Shown: positions 40,330 to 54,038, counted from the stretch's first letter. The stretch: DNA of 64,000 bases from Eledone cirrhosa (GCA_964016885.1 OZ024745.1:74772001-74836000), one strand, 5' to 3'. Notes: generated from the sequence alone by a model not told the origin. Made by a program: numbers and translations.

Positions 40330-41960
40330 CGTAGGAATGTCAATCCAGTTACAGAGCAGATGTGATTTCAGGTGAGGACAACATCTGAAGATCTCGGTCT
40401 TGGAGTTAAGGCAAGTGGAAGTGGCTTTCAAATTTTGTAGAATTCTAAATTTTTCAGTGGTGCACAAAGAACAATTCAGCAAGAGTAACTGATTTTAACA
40501 ATTCAGCAAGAGTAACTGATTTTAACTACATTTCTATTAAATATCTTATAATATCTATGATTAGGGGGAAAATGTTTGTCTAGGAGGTCAAGGAATTTCC
40601 TTCCTACATTAGTTTTGACAGTTAGAGAGAAAGGGAGTGTAAACCAAATAATTTTCCTTTTCCTAGTATTGTGATTAGTTTTAGGGGGAGGAGTAGGTAA
40701 ATATTTATTATGTTCTGTAAAGCCGCGGTTATTGAGGGCCTTATCATAATAAGGGGGCGGCTTTGTTAAAAATGTCTAGAGACGAAGATAAGGTAGAAAT
40801 CCTACGGTTAATATTGGGAATAAGATTTTTAAAAACTATAGGGGGATGGCAAGACTCTTTGTGTATATATCTTAGATTCTCGTTAGGTTTATGATAAGGT
40901 TTAAAAGAGGCGGTAAGTAGATCAAGATTAATGTCAAGAAAGTTAGCATTGGTAAGGTTCGTATCTATAGTAATTTTAAGGTTAAGATTAGCAAAAGTAT
41001 TGATTAAATCTTTACGGAATTTATCAAGGTTATGGCCGTTGGTGGTATGAGAAACTGCCAATCCGTCGTCATGGTATAAACCGATATTATGGGAAGGAAA
41101 TTTCTCTTTAAGAGTGTGGAGAAGGAATAATCCTACTAAGTCACACACATCAGCACTATCATATGAACCCATCGCAACATCAAAAGAATTTTCAGGGCTT
41201 GACTTTTTAACCCAAATACTTTCATTAGTAAAGAGTAGAGTTTTCCTAGCATGAAAGATGTCTTCTTCTAATTTAGAAATATTAATGAAAGGTCTTGCAA
41301 AATCTAAGGCTTTAGTTAATAAGGAAACATCAAATTGGGTAAATCTACACTTATTTTTACCTTGTATATTATTAAACCAAGAAATAACAGGATGTATTTA
41401 ACCATTGTGATAAGTCAGTCTTAGTTCTAATTTGGAGAATTATTTTTCTTAAGATTTTTTTACTTGCAAGGCCAACTTCAGATTTAGCCGGGTTAATCAG
41501 TCTACAGCTAGGTCGATTAGTAAAGTCTAATTTATGGTCTTTAAGGGTAATATATGCTTTACGTTTAGCTAGGCTTTCAATCCGGTTGTCTATTTTTTAA
41601 AATCTAGCTAGTTCTTTAGCTTCTTTATTAATAGTATTGTAGGTGTTATTGTAAGCTAATTGATATTTGTTGGTGATACTATTTGTTAAAAGTTGGTTAT
41701 ACAAAATACTATTTACTTCAAAGTTGGTTATACAAAATACTATTTACTTCAAAGTTGGTTATACAAAATACTATTTACTTCAAAGTGATTTTTAGTTTTA
41801 TCGGAAAGAACAAAGGTGTTTGTAGAATTTTTTAAATTAGAAATATCGCTAGAAAGTTTAGTTTGAAAGTTATTGTTGTACTTACGAAATTTGATATCAC
41901 TAATTAAATTAACAAGGTCTAATTCGAAGTTGGCCATGTCTTTAATTCTAGGTGGGTATT
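40330..41960 (-). mobile_element. Penelope-like element relic (RT plus end of GIY-YIG)
   Basis: MGSYDSADVCDLVG...YHDDGL...NFLDI...YIHKESCHPP; KIIWFT...KTNVGRKFL; CSLCTTEKFRIL..LNSKTE. Contains internal tandem duplications (31-bp x3 at ~41688-41784; ~27-bp x2 at ~40471-40527). Confidence 0.85.
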
Positions 41961-42039
41961 TACGGGATTTAATGTCAAAACAATCATTTGTATCAGCACT
42001 GAATAGTCCATCGTATATATATATATACTAACTAAAGTA

Positions 42040-42875
42040 TTAATAAGTAGGAAAGAGGACAAGACTCTGATTCCATCAGGGAAATGGCCATACTCAATAT
42101 ACAGAGAAGGAGTTGGCATAAACTCTATACAATCTACACAATGCAAATCTTGGGTACACAAAAGGTGTAGCAGGATAGCAGGCAAACTACCAGGAAAGGA
42201 AAATTTGTATGTAGATGTTCATGAAAAATTAATAGTAGAAGCGTCAATGATAGGCACATTTTTCAAATGCATATAGGAGCTATAGAAGTGGTTGATAGCT
42301 TCCGATATCTAGGTGATCAAATTAGCAAGGGAGGAGAATGCTCCATCGCCATAGTATCTAGAATAAGGACAAGATGGAGGAAGTTTAAGGGAGATGCTTC
42401 CTCCGTTGACAACAAAGGGTTTCTCCCTACAAACTAAATTTTGGCTGTATGATGCCTGTGTGAGATGCGCGATGGTGCATGGTAGTGTGACGTGAGCAGC
42501 AACTGCGGAGGATATGTGAAGACTGGAGAGAAATGAAGCAAGCATGTTTCAATGGATGTGCAGTGTCAATGTTCATGAACGACCAAGCATGGACGAGTTG
42601 AGAGAGAAACTATGTATAAGAAGAATAAGCTGTAATGTTCAAGAGAGATGACTACATTGGAATGGCCATGTGATGCACATGGATAATAGCCATTAGGTGA
42701 AGAAGTGCCAAGTAATCCCAGTAGAAAACATGGGCAGAGGTGGTGAGAGCTGACCTCAGATCGCTGAAGCTCACAGAGGAGATGACGAAGGACCAAGATG
42801 AGTGGAGAGATGCTGTTCTGAAGAGGACTTGTCAAAACCCCTGCAAGCAGCGAAAAGCGGATGTAAAATGATAAC
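42040..42875 (+). mobile_element. Older RTE LINE fragment
   Basis: EVVDSFRYLGD, KGFSL and RLERNEASM homology to 38067, with stops. Confidence 0.75.
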
Positions 42876-43299
42876 TATACATTTTATCTGTAACAGTAAT
42901 TAAACAGAACATAGTGCTGAGATCAGAGAGTCACTCCTGGTAAAGTCTCTACTTCTCTGAATTGAAAGATGACAGCTCCAATACTACGGACATGTGGTCA
43001 GAATGTCTAAAGAAAAACTTGCTGGACAGATTTTAAGGGCAAAACCAACTGGTGGGAGACCTACTGGTGTAAATGCCAAGCAAGATAGTTGGATAACATC
43101 CATGAGCTTGGCTGGTTTTGCTTGAGGATCGAGTCGGGTCAGTTATTTCAGACAGGACTTGCTGGAAGATATGATTGAGGACTCTGCCCCAACAACCCTC
43201 CCAGGAATAAGTGGGTAAAGAAGTAAATGTCTATAGTAGTTTTGGTTAGGTTTCAGTGGTTTGAAAATAATTTGTTCAGTATGTAGATAATGTAAGATT

Positions 43300-43630
43300 G
43301 GTTTGGAGGCATTTATGGTGTTTTTGCAGAATAGTCCCTTCACCTCACATATTAAATTAATATAATCCAAATTAATTTATTCCAAATAAGAGTTACAGTT
43401 AATTTGAACTAATTAATTTCAAATTAGGATTATAGTTAATTCATGTTTTATGTTTGTATGCCTGCCAAACTAGAGTCAGTAAATTACAGGAAACTGATAA
43501 AATTAAACTTAACATTAAACCAAACCTTAATCCTAATTTGGAATAAATTAGTTTGAATTATATTATTGTCTTATTTATGTTAATTATCATGGGAAACTAT
43601 TCAGGAAAATAAACATAATTTTCTACAAAA
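43300..43630. mobile_element. Possible MITE-like fold-back
   Basis: Imperfect inverted pairs tttttgcagaatagtccc / gggaaactattcaggaaaa and caaattaatttattccaaat / atttggaataaattagtttg. Confidence 0.4.
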
Positions 43631-44703
43631 TCCTGTCTTTTATGAGATCGGTTTGATTTGGTTTGATTTCAGGGTGGGTGTTCAGACCATTTTCTAACAG
43701 TTTAATTTCCTATTGTGTTAATTTTTTTATGAATATGTTATTTTTGGTTCCTTTGGGTTTTTCCTGTTAAGTTCCACTTGAAGGGTGGTGGTTTTTTTCC
43801 CTTTTTTCCTTCATTTTATGGGAGGCGCCCTGTCCTAAAAAATAATTTCCATTTGAGACAGGGGTGTTTCTGTTGTGATGTTGAAATTTTCCATTCGCTG
43901 ACACTTCATGTTGATTTCTTGAGCGGGAGAATCTTATTTGTTAGTTTACATGTGTATGTTTGTGTGTGTGTGTGTGTGGTGGGGTGTGTGTGTGTGTGGG
44001 GGGGGGGGGTCTTCTGTTTGGTCTTCATAGATCTATGATTTTGCCTCTGATAGTTGTTATTGGGGCTTTGATAAGGGTTATCTTGTTCTGTTGTTTAATA
44101 TTATGCCTTATAAATGTTTATTTGCAATATTTTGATCTCTGGTTAATATTTGTTTACTGCTTGAGAATTCTTCATTTCTTGTGTTTTTGATTTTTCCTGA
44201 AGTTGAGTTTCTTATGAGCTTGTTTTCTGGATTTTATTTGGTTTTTACCATAGTTCTTTTCATATTCTTGTAGCCATACTGTTTTTTACACTAAAATCCT
44301 CTTCAATTTTAATTCCTCTTTGGTTGTATTGGTCTTCCATGGGTCAATGAGTTTTCCATGAATATTGCCACTGGTTCTTTTGTTTATTCCTCTTGAATGG
44401 TGGTGTCGAGTGATTTCAGCCTCAAGTTTCTGGAATGCTAGATTCAACCTTATTTTTGTTTCTTCGTTTGACTCCAATGTTATCTCTTTAATTCAAAATT
44501 TTCTTGGAAAGATAACATGTTCCTTACTTCACCATATCTCGTATGTGTCCACTAGGTTTTCACTCCTCAAGGCTTTCCAGTATGCCTGTTTTCTTTGATT
44601 TAGTAACTGGTTCCAAAGGTTTTTCATTTGATTTCTTTTTTTAAAGGCTTCTTTTTTCAGATAAAGTTCAATTAGATCTACATAGCAAAAGTATAAAATT
44701 AAA

Positions 44704-45357
44704 TTGTTACCTCTCTTGTTCCTTATTTACATGAACAGGATTGACATGCGCAGCCAAGTTGAAAGTGGTATGACTGGTGGATGTAAAATCAATCAGCTGG
44801 AATTTGCAGACGACATGATGTTACTTAACTCGACAGAAAATGATCTCCAACTTGCAATTGATAGGTTTGATGCCAAGTGCTGCATGGCTGGAATGAAAAT
44901 CAGTGTTGCGAAAACTGAGGCACTCGTCCTCTCAAGGAAGCCTGCATGGTGCACTCTACATGAGAATGGAATTCCACTGAAGCAGGTAGAGAAGTTTAAG
45001 TATCTCGGGGTTGTATTCACGAGTGATGGAAGGCAGGAGGCTGAATTGAGCTGGTGCAGTAATGCACCAGCTTCAGCATTTAGTAATCAGAAGAGAGGTA
45101 GACATAAAAGCCAAGCTTGCTATCTTCAATTTGGTATTGTGCCAACCCTTGCCTATGGTCATGAATCTTGGGTAATGACCAAAAGAATATGATTGCGAAT
45201 ACAAGCAGCCGAAATAGGATTCTTCCAAAGGGTCTTTGGAGTAATGTTACTCTGTAGAGTGTGTAGCTCGGAGATTAGAGAGTCACTCCAAGTAGAGCCA
45301 CTACTTTTCCGAATTGAGAGCTCACAGCTCCGATACTATGGGCATGTGGTTAGAATA
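44704..45357 (+). mobile_element. RTE-clade LINE RT fragment (second family)
   Basis: PLLFLIYM..FADD...QVEKFKYLG...YGHESW; the related 3' part lies at 42900-43220. Confidence 0.8.
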
Positions 45358-45489
45358 AATGGTCTTTAATGTGTAAACTTAGATATTCAAGAGAATGGTT
45401 TCTCACATTTCAGTTAAAAGGCTTTGCTAACATGTGTATATTTGTGTCTTTTTAAGAGACTGTTAGTGATAAATGATTTCCCACATATA

Positions 45490-47490
45490 TCACAGTAATA
45501 AGGTTTTTTCTCCAGTATGTATTCTCCCGTGTCTGTTTAAATCACTATTATTGACAAAAGATTTCCCACATATTTCACAGTGATATGGTTTTTCTCCAGT
45601 GTGTCTACGTTTGTGAACTAGAAGACTAGAACTAACAGAGAATGATCTAGCACATATTTCACATTGGTAAGGTTTCTCTCCAGTATGTGATCGCATGTGG
45701 ATTGTAAGGTGAGAATTTTCAATAAAAGATTTTCCACAAATCTCACAGTGAAATGGGTTTTCTCCAGAGTGTATTCGTTTATGAACTATAAGACTAGAAT
45801 TAACAGAAAATGATTTTCCACATATTTCACAGTGATAGGGTTTCTCTCCAGTGTGTGCTCGTTTGTGAATAACAACATTTGAATGTTTAATGAAAGATTT
45901 CCCACATATTTCACAGTGGTAAGGTTTTTCTCCAGTGTGTATTCTATTGTGTATTATTAAGTTACTGTTAGACACAAAAGATTTTCCACATATATCACAG
46001 TGAAATGGTTTTTCTCCAGTGTGGCTCCGTATGTGGATTGTAAGTCTAGAATTTTCAATAAAAGATTTTCCACATATTTTACAGTGAAATATGTTTTGTC
46101 CAGTGTGTATTCTTTTATGTGTTGTTAAATTACTGTTAGAGACAAATGATTTCCCACATATTTTGCAATGATAAGCTTTTTCTCCAGTGTGTATTTTTTT
46201 GTGCCTCCTTAAATTACTGCTATAGACAAAATATTTTCCACATAATTCACAGTGGTAGGGTTTTTCTCCAGTATGACTACGTTTGTGTGCTTTTAAATTA
46301 CAGTTGGAGACAAAAGATTTTCCACATATTTCACAACGATATGCTTTTTCACCAGTGTGTATTCTTTTGTGTGTTCTTAAGTGATCGTGAGAGGTAAAAG
46401 ATTTTCCACATATTTCACAGTGAAATGGTCTTTCTCCAGTATGTATTCTTTTGTGTGTTGTTAAATTACCGTTTGTGGCAAAGGATTTCCCACATATTTC
46501 ACAGTGATATGGTCTTTCTCCAGTGTGTACTCTGCTATGTGTTTTCAAGAGATCATTAGATACAAACGATTTGTCACATATTTCGCACTGATATGGTTTT
46601 TCACCTGTGTGTATTCTTTTATGGATTATAAGCTTAGAATTTCTAATAAAAGATTTCCCACATATTTCACAGAGAAATGGGATTTCTCCAATGTGTATTC
46701 TATTATGTATTTTCAAGAGATCGTTAGATACAAAAGAATTCTCACATATTTTACAGTGATATGGTTTTTCTCCTGTGTGTAATCTTTTGTGGATTGTAAA
46801 CTTGGAATGTTTAAAGAAATATTTCCCACATAATTCACAGTGAAACAGGTTTTTAGGGTGTATTCTATTATGTGTTTTCAAAAGACTATTAGTAGTAAAA
46901 GATTTACCGCACACTTCACAATTATAGTTTTTTTTTCCAGTATGTTTAAGTATATGGACACCAAGATGTGAATTATTAATGAAAGATTTCCCACATATTT
47001 CACAGCTGAAAGGCTTTTCTCCAGTGTGTATTATTTTGTGAACTGTTAAATTACTGTTAGAGACAAAAGATTTCCCACATATTTTACAGTGAAACGGTTT
47101 TTCTCCGGTGTGACTACGTTTATGGATAACTAGACGCGAATCTTTCGTGAAAGATTTCCCACATATCTGACACTGAAACACGTTTTTTCCAGTGTGCGTT
47201 CTTCTGTGTGCTGTCAAAATACTTTTAAAGACAAAATATTTTCCACATATTTTACAATGGTACAACTTTTCCCTTATGTGTATTTCTTTGTGTGCGATAA
47301 CTTCATATTCTGAAGAGAATGATTTACTACAAATCTCACAGCGATATTCATTCATCTTTCTCTCTACTGATATTTGTTCTGTAAATGTTTCATTACATAA
47401 AGGTTTCTCGTCATTGTATGTCTCTGTAACTGAATCTATATTGTTATAAACTGTTTCATTAAAATGGTCAAAGTGATTAACTTCATCCAT
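45490..47490 (-). CDS. Tandem C2H2 zinc-finger protein (ZNF-4), 22 fingers with an acidic N-terminal leader
   Basis: 666-aa uninterrupted ORF starting MDEVNHFD. It terminates by a frameshift in a linker (HTGEKTLLL*), with a relic finger beyond. Confidence 0.93.
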   Translation of the reverse strand: MDEVNHFDHFNETVYNNIDSVTETYNDEKPLCNETFTEQISVERKMNEYRCEICSKSFSSEYEVIAHKEIHIREKLYHCKICGKYFVFKSILTAHRRTHTGKNVFQCQICGKSFTKDSRLVIHKRSHTGEKPFHCKICGKSFVSNSNLTVHKIIHTGEKPFSCEICGKSFINNSHLGVHILKHTGKKNYNCEVCGKSFTTNSLLKTHNRIHPKNLFHCELCGKYFFKHSKFTIHKRLHTGEKPYHCKICENSFVSNDLLKIHNRIHIGEIPFLCEICGKSFIRNSKLIIHKRIHTGEKPYQCEICDKSFVSNDLLKTHSRVHTGERPYHCEICGKSFATNGNLTTHKRIHTGERPFHCEICGKSFTSHDHLRTHKRIHTGEKAYRCEICGKSFVSNCNLKAHKRSHTGEKPYHCELCGKYFVYSSNLRRHKKIHTGEKAYHCKICGKSFVSNSNLTTHKRIHTGQNIFHCKICGKSFIENSRLTIHIRSHTGEKPFHCDICGKSFVSNSNLIIHNRIHTGEKPYHCEICGKSFIKHSNVVIHKRAHTGEKPYHCEICGKSFSVNSSLIVHKRIHSGENPFHCEICGKSFIENSHLTIHMRSHTGEKPYQCEICARSFSVSSSLLVHKRRHTGEKPYHCEICGKSFVNNSDLNRHGRIHTGEKTLLL

Positions 47491-48019
47491 AGTAATTACT
47501 GAGGATTTCTTAAAGGCTTGGAATTATCTATAAGAACGAATCTATTATGATTCTGTTTTTTTTTTTTTTTGTCTTGGATATCATGGGACTCTGTTTACAC
47601 GTGTGGATATTTTACTTACTTCCTACAACAATGTTTGTTGATGACCTGATCCTGTCCAAGTGATATACATATTAATGTACAAAAATAGACTTCTATTTCT
47701 ACTTTATGAAATGTGGATACCGTTGAAAAATGTATTCAGCTGACCACGTTCCGAAGTAAATAAAAAAGAATGTTAATGTAAAATGAGAAACCAAAAACTG
47801 AAAGAATTAAAACGAAAAGGGGAAACAAGTAAAATTTTAAAACCTGAAACGTAAAACCGAAACGATGAATGTACTTTCTGTTGATGCGGTCTTACATACA
47901 GTACTTAGTTGGTGTATACACGATGCTGAATACGTGCACATATGTTTGTATGGGTGTATCTATGTATAAATGTGTCCGATCTTAAGAAATCTAGAGTCAC
48001 AGACGAACCGAATAGGCCT

Positions 48020-48880
48020 CTGTGCGGATATTCAACCTACTGGAAGGTCAAATTGAACTCAGCAGTCCGGTCAAGATTTGGACTGGGCTTTTTTAAGTTC
48101 AGGAAACATGTTTACAAACCCCAACACAAGTTTTGAAACTTACAGAAGAGAAGGATCCGCTAAAGGGTAAACGATGTTACGGTTTGCCAGGGGTTTATGT
48201 AAGTATATGATTCCGATAGCGAATAGAGAGATGGTTCGGGGACCAAAAACTCCAGAAGTCTACCCCTCTATAGGTTCAACGTCAAACCGAACGGAAAGCG
48301 CCCGATACTTGTCGGTCTGTTACTGAATTCACCAGGTTATTGTTGGAGAATGTGTCGATGCATGTCACGTCACAGATGAGAAGCCATCCATCTAATACAT
48401 TGTGTGGCAAACCAACACGCTTGCAGCATTACCGCGGTTGATAGCTAGGCTAAGGACCTGGGACTACCAAACATCGTCTCGGGTATCACCTGACACCTCA
48501 ACGACTCAGCTCCACCAAACGACTCGAACGTCACAAGCTGGAAAAAATATTTCAGGATAATTCCCAGTATTTTAGAGTTTTATTCCGTTCAGCTACGGAA
48601 GCAAGTGACCCTCACATTTACCGCAGCATCCGGAATGTGGGAGGGAGCAAATGAGTCGCTGACTCCGACGTCCCAAATGAGATATCAACCTCTTAACTAG
48701 GGACAAGGGGAAAGACCATCTGGTTTCTTCTCAGCAACTCTAGACAATCCAACTGGTTGCAGATTTGCGGGGATATTTACCCAAGCCAGGACCCGCTTAA
48801 TAATTAACTTTCGCTCGGTATGGCGTGTGAAAGGACTAGCATAACGGCGGCAAGATAAACCATTGTATTTCGTAATTCGC
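48020..48880. mobile_element. CRE-clade (restriction-like endonuclease) non-LTR relics in opposite orientations
   Basis: Minus strand 48480-48880: GLSC..RH..IIKRVL..QPVGLSR..KKPDG..LIWD..KY..FESFG. Plus strand 48020-48420 carries weaker FGLG / VGLLL / Cys-His remnants. Confidence 0.55.
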
Positions 48881-49739
48881 ATTGAAGAGAACTGTGCATG
48901 CGCAAAAATTAAATTAATTGTAAATCCGACCATCAAATATTAATTTTGAACAATTTTTAGTATTTTCAAATAAATTCTTATTTAAATATTTCTTTTTTGT
49001 GTGAAAATGTTAAGATTACACCTGTGTTACGAAGCAGTGTATGAACAGAAGATTAGTACATTTCAATTTCATGTTTCGGTTTTTCGTTTTACTTCGCTGC
49101 GTTTGATTTGGATCCTGAATATTTCACCCACACTTGGTTGATAGCTCGAGCCGGTAGGGCTGGACAGTTAAAGGCCAGACAGCATCACAATCTTCCCGTT
49201 CCCTGGGATGCCACATGCTGTGACACCTACTCAAATAGCAACCTGCTGCCCGCCAAGCTGAAGAGGGCAAACTGTCCAAGTTACGGCCGCTCTCGGATAG
49301 GTTTGTGGTAGAACCTGTAGCAATGGAGACTTTTGGCCTCGGACCACATCCCTACTCACCGGAGCGGACGTGCCCCACCTACGCACACACGGTGACGTAG
49401 GTCAAAGGTTTCCAAGCATAATTTAATACATTCAGAAACACCTTAAATTATTTCATTTTATTCTTTCAATCTTAACCACCTGTTAAATAAAAAAAAGGAT
49501 CACCCAACAAAATAACTATTGCGTACTCATGAAGTAGCTTCTTAAATAATCGTTCGGCCTGCTAAATACAGTAGCCAAATCTTCCTCAAAAACGAGCTAA
49601 GCTTGGAGAGGGATGGGCGCCGCCAGGTTCACAACACCCAAGACACACTACATGAAAAAATAAATGAACAAATAACCAACGTCAATACCTGCTCGGTCGT
49701 CGCCCGTTTTAACAAGGGCCACACCAACCCCCTTACATC

Positions 49740-52700
49740 AGGCTAGATGTGTAAAATATGCTTCTGGTGAAATCACGCCGAAAAAGGTCCGCATGAGGGA
49801 GAACATCACATTTGTCACATGGAACATAAGAACACTTGCCCAAGATAACAAACTGCAGGAACTTACACATGAACTGGAGAGATATAACTGGCATATAGTG
49901 GGACTTTGAAGTCAGACAGAAAAAATTCGGTGAACACCTTACCGATGAAGGACATGAATTTTACTACTGTGGAGAACTCGATAAATTTGTGCATGACGTG
50001 GGTTTTCTCGTCAACAAGAATATCAAGAACTCTGTACTTGGACGTTGCCCAGTGTCCAGCAGGCTTATCACCATCTGCTTTCGAGCAACGCCATTCAACG
50101 TTACAGTGGTACAAGCATACAGACCAATAACGGACTATGAAGGATCACAATCAGTGATCAAAAGCTGGAGACTGTGGCGCAGTTCAAATACCCTGGGCTA
50201 TTATCAGACAAGAGGGATCAAAACCAGAGATCCTTATAAGAAGTGCTCTAACAGCCCTCTGGAGAGACAAGAACACCATTCGCAGATGGCAAATAAAACT
50301 CCTGTGTGCGTTGGTCCTATCCATCTTTCTATACGAATGCAAATCATGGACCTTGATCGCTGAATTGCAAAGGAAGATCCAACCAAACAGTGAAGATGAA
50401 ATGTCATAGAAGGATTCTAGGAATCTCATATACAGGACACGTCACGAACGAGGAGGTCCGCAAAAGAATCACAGTGCATGTAAGTCACTTTGAAGATCTG
50501 TTGTCCACGTTGAAGAGGAGAAAGTTGAGGTGATTTAGACATGTGACAAGATATGACGAATTCTTTAAGACGATTCTCCAAGTAACAGTGCAGAGGAAAC
50601 GGTGAATTGACAACATAGTTGAGTGGACGGCGAAGAACATATAGCAAAATACTAGTGTGTATAAGTATAACAAAGACGATTGGTTTGAGTGTATAATATT
50701 TAATAAACAATTTGTGGATATATAGAACAGTATAGTTGACATGACAATGAATAGATGCAAGAATGAAGCAAAGTTATTAGTTACCGTTTGGTCGCCAGGA
50801 AAACGCGGCTGGCAGAAGACGCCTGGCTAAGGCCAGGCGCCGGAAAGGCAAAATGAGAGTTAGGGAGCTTAACGTTGTTAGTTTTATAGGGTTCTGACCG
50901 GAAGTTACAGAAAGGGTTCTACTTCCTGTCTAGAGAGCGTTAATCTATTGGGGATGTGAGTGTCACAACAAGGGAGGCAACTCCTGCTACATTACTCCCC
51001 GCCAGATTTTTAAAATATAAAAATCGAATGAAATATGTATGTAGCAAGTTGGCGAGAATGTTGTAACAGGCATGAAAATTACGAAAAAAAAATAATGTTT
51101 GCAAAAATCAATTATAGATATCAAGGTAGCCAACCGCTCTTGGCCAGAGAACGACTGGACATCTATCTATCCATCACCCAAAGATACAATGTAATAAAGT
51201 AAGAGAAGAGCTCAAAGTTCAAATGTACAAAATATAGTTCACAGGTGTGCCATCACATGACAGCAGGAAAGAAAGTGTGTTCCAGAGAATGAATGCAGGT
51301 GGTTTCTGTTCTGTGGTATATCGTGAAATTTCCAACCTCCGAATGGATTTTCTCACAGGAAGAGTGCTGCAAAAATAAATTCTCTGGCTTGTTCTGCTGG
51401 TTTTGGTTGTTGGTGAAGCTGTGTTGCTGTTGATGTTGTTGTCTCGCGGAGTGAGCGTATTCGATGTTTAAATTCACAGTAAAGAAAATTTTTTCAGAAA
51501 AAATGAGTTTCGCAAAGTGCTAGAAATAACAGCCGAAGTTGATGGTCGATGTTGAGAATGCGTTGACCTGGAAGGGTCAAGAGGCCAGCGACCAAAGAAA
51601 TAAGCATTCTGAATAAATGCGCAGTTTTCAACAGCAAATTTACGTGGTAAATTTTTAAACCGGCAAATAGGAGAATATAGCTTAAGGCTGGAGAATCCTT
51701 GGCGAGAAACGTTATCCCTGGCGTGCGGTTATCTCTGTGAGTCGAGATATCTCCGTGAATCGAGAATCCTACACGTGCCAAAACAAGGTTAAGTTGAAAA
51801 AATAATATTTCTAACGCGCGAGAAAATGGCGCGAAAATGGTAGTGCAACAGGTCGTTGGCAGCCATTTTGAAAAAATGTGTGTGTGAAAGTGACAATGAT
51901 GAAAAAGAAAGAAAGGCTTCACTTAGCATAATAAATATGGCGAGTTCAATTTGTTTTTTTTTTGTGTGAACTTTGAAAAAAAAAACTTGAACGATGAAGA
52001 AAACGATGAAAAAAAGGCAATAGTTGGGGTTCATCGAAAATAAATGTTCCTGTTGAAATGTTTTTTTTTAAAAATCAAATTTATTTTTATTTTTTTAAAG
52101 TGTTTCGTTGTAAGAAACGAGAAACATATATATATATCGTGAAATGCGACAGTTAGTTGATGCGTGAGAGAAAAAGTCTGTCTGAACGCGAATTTCACAT
52201 GTGCGTGGTGTGTTCGTTTCTTGGTTGCGTATTTTCATAGTTTGTCAATAAAATTTTGCTGTGTATTCGTAATGTTATTCACACAACACTAGATTCTGCT
52301 ATTTTTTCCTTTTTTCGGGGTCACCAATTATAAAAATGAACGGCTGCGTGTTCGTATCACGTCGAGTGTCTTCACTTATAGCAAAATACTAGTGTGTATA
52401 AGTATAACAAAGACGATTAGTTTGAGTGTATAATATTTAATAAACATTTTGTGGATATATAGAACAGTATAGTTGACATGTCAATGAATAGATGAAAGAA
52501 TGAAGCAAAGTTATTAGTTACCGTTTGATTGCCAGGTGAACGCGCCTGAGCGAAGACTCCTGGCGAAGGCCAGGCGCCGGAAGGGCAAAAGAGAGAGAGA
52601 ACTTAAAGTTGTTAGTTTTATAGGTTTCTACTTCCTGTCTAGAGAGCGTTAATCTATTGGGGATGTGAGTGTCACAACAAGGGAGGCAACTCCTGCTACA

Positions 52701-53310
52701 TTACTCCCCGCCAGATTTTTAAAATATAAAAATCGAATGAAATATGTATGCAGCAAGTTGGCGAGAATGTTGTAACAGGCATGAAAATTACGAAAAAAAA
52801 AATAATGTTTGCAAAAATCAATGATAGATATCAAGGTAGCCAACCGCTCTTGGCCAGAGAACGACATCTATCTATCCATCATGTATAATATTTAATAAAC
52901 AATTTGTGGATATATAGGACAGTATAGTTGACATGTCAATGAATAGATGAAAGAATGAAGCAAAGTTATTAGTTACCGTTTGATTGCCAGGAGACCGCGG
53001 CTGGCAGATAGCGCCTGGCTAAGGCCAGGCGCCGGAAAGGCAAAATGAGTGATAGGGAGCTTAACGTTATTAGTTTTATAGGGTTCTGACCGGAAGTTAC
53101 AGAAAGGGTTCTACTTCCTGTTTAGAGAGCGTTAATCTATTGGGGATGTGAGTGTCACAACAAGGGAGGCAACTCCTGCTACAAACATTCCAACAACTCA
53201 AGCACTCGCCCATGACCGACAGAGATTGGGCAGTTGGTGCAGCGTTCGGCACTGCAGTGTCCCAACGACCCCGAAAGGTGCTAGAGGACCATGATGGTGA
53301 TGATGATCGA
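49740..53310 (+). mobile_element. Deleted RTE/BovB-like LINE interrupted by the LTR element at 50640..53183
   Basis: APE start TWNIRTL..ELTHELERYNWHIVGL. The C-terminal DNIVEWT continues after the insert with ..QALAHDR and a (GAT)n-like tail at 53290-53310. Confidence 0.75.
50640..53183 (-). mobile_element. Non-autonomous Gypsy (CsRn1-like) element with three LTRs
   Basis: LTRs at 50640..50991, 52377..52700 and 52882..53183 (truncated). Ends are TGTAGCA...TGCTATA; 4-bp TSD AACA at 50636-50639 and 53184-53187. PPT ggcggggagtaa precedes two LTRs; tRNA-Trp PBS TGGTGACCCCGA at 52315-52326. Confidence 0.88.
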
Positions 53311-54036
53311 TAAATTACATCTATCCGCTTGTTGAATTCAAGACGTTGGCCGTAGCTGGGTTGTTGACAATGAAGCTTTTATTATCGTTGGCACTTCGTC
53401 TTTCTAAAATATAAGATTCTACTCGTGAATGTGCTTGTCTGTTCCGGCACTTCAGCCATGCTATCACCCGCAATAATGATGCCGATAGCGTTTTTGATGC
53501 CTCAAACATTGCTAGAGAGCAACGCCAGCACTCATTGTTGAAGTATATAATTAAGAATTTATTTTCATTGATAATAACCACTTGCTTTGTTTAATAAAAT
53601 CACATCTCAATTAAACCAGATGAGATTTGACATTTCTGAACTCAATACTGTTTTAAAATTATTATGAATTACATATAATGTAAGTATATTATTATACTAG
53701 CAGTGGTACCCGGCCTTGCATGGGATAAGGTATTTTGGAACGCGGGCCGCCAACAGACCTCATCGTGGGAAAACTGCATGCCTGGACAATATGTAAAGAA
53801 AATAAACCGAATACTCTGATGGCTGGATAATCTTTAAAATTTTCCTCGATGAAGCAGGGAAAATGCAGGTCTTCACCTAATGCGGGCCCTAGGGGATCAA
53901 GAAAGCGAATTTTTTTTATGCCTTGAAATTTCGGGGAAATCTGCTAGTTGTAACGCCTCCAAAAAGCCCTAAGAAGCTGAAAAAATGAAGTTTGAAAATA
54001 GTCGGTTAGGTGGTTCTCGAGTTTTAGGGATTCGAA

Positions 54037-54038
<2 letters not shown>

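Noticed and set aside
41688-41784. 31-bp direct repeats resembling a CRISPR array
   Set aside because: Head-to-tail with no spacers, inside a Penelope relic in a eukaryote; a simple tandem duplication.
51253-52034. ORFs inside the three-LTR element as a captured host gene
   Set aside because: Fragmented, with only faint gag-like remnants and no recognisable intact domain.
52549-52557. Self-priming of the three-LTR element via gtcttcgct pairing with agtgaagac
   Set aside because: Only 9 bp, absent from the other two LTRs, and tRNA-Trp explains the site better.
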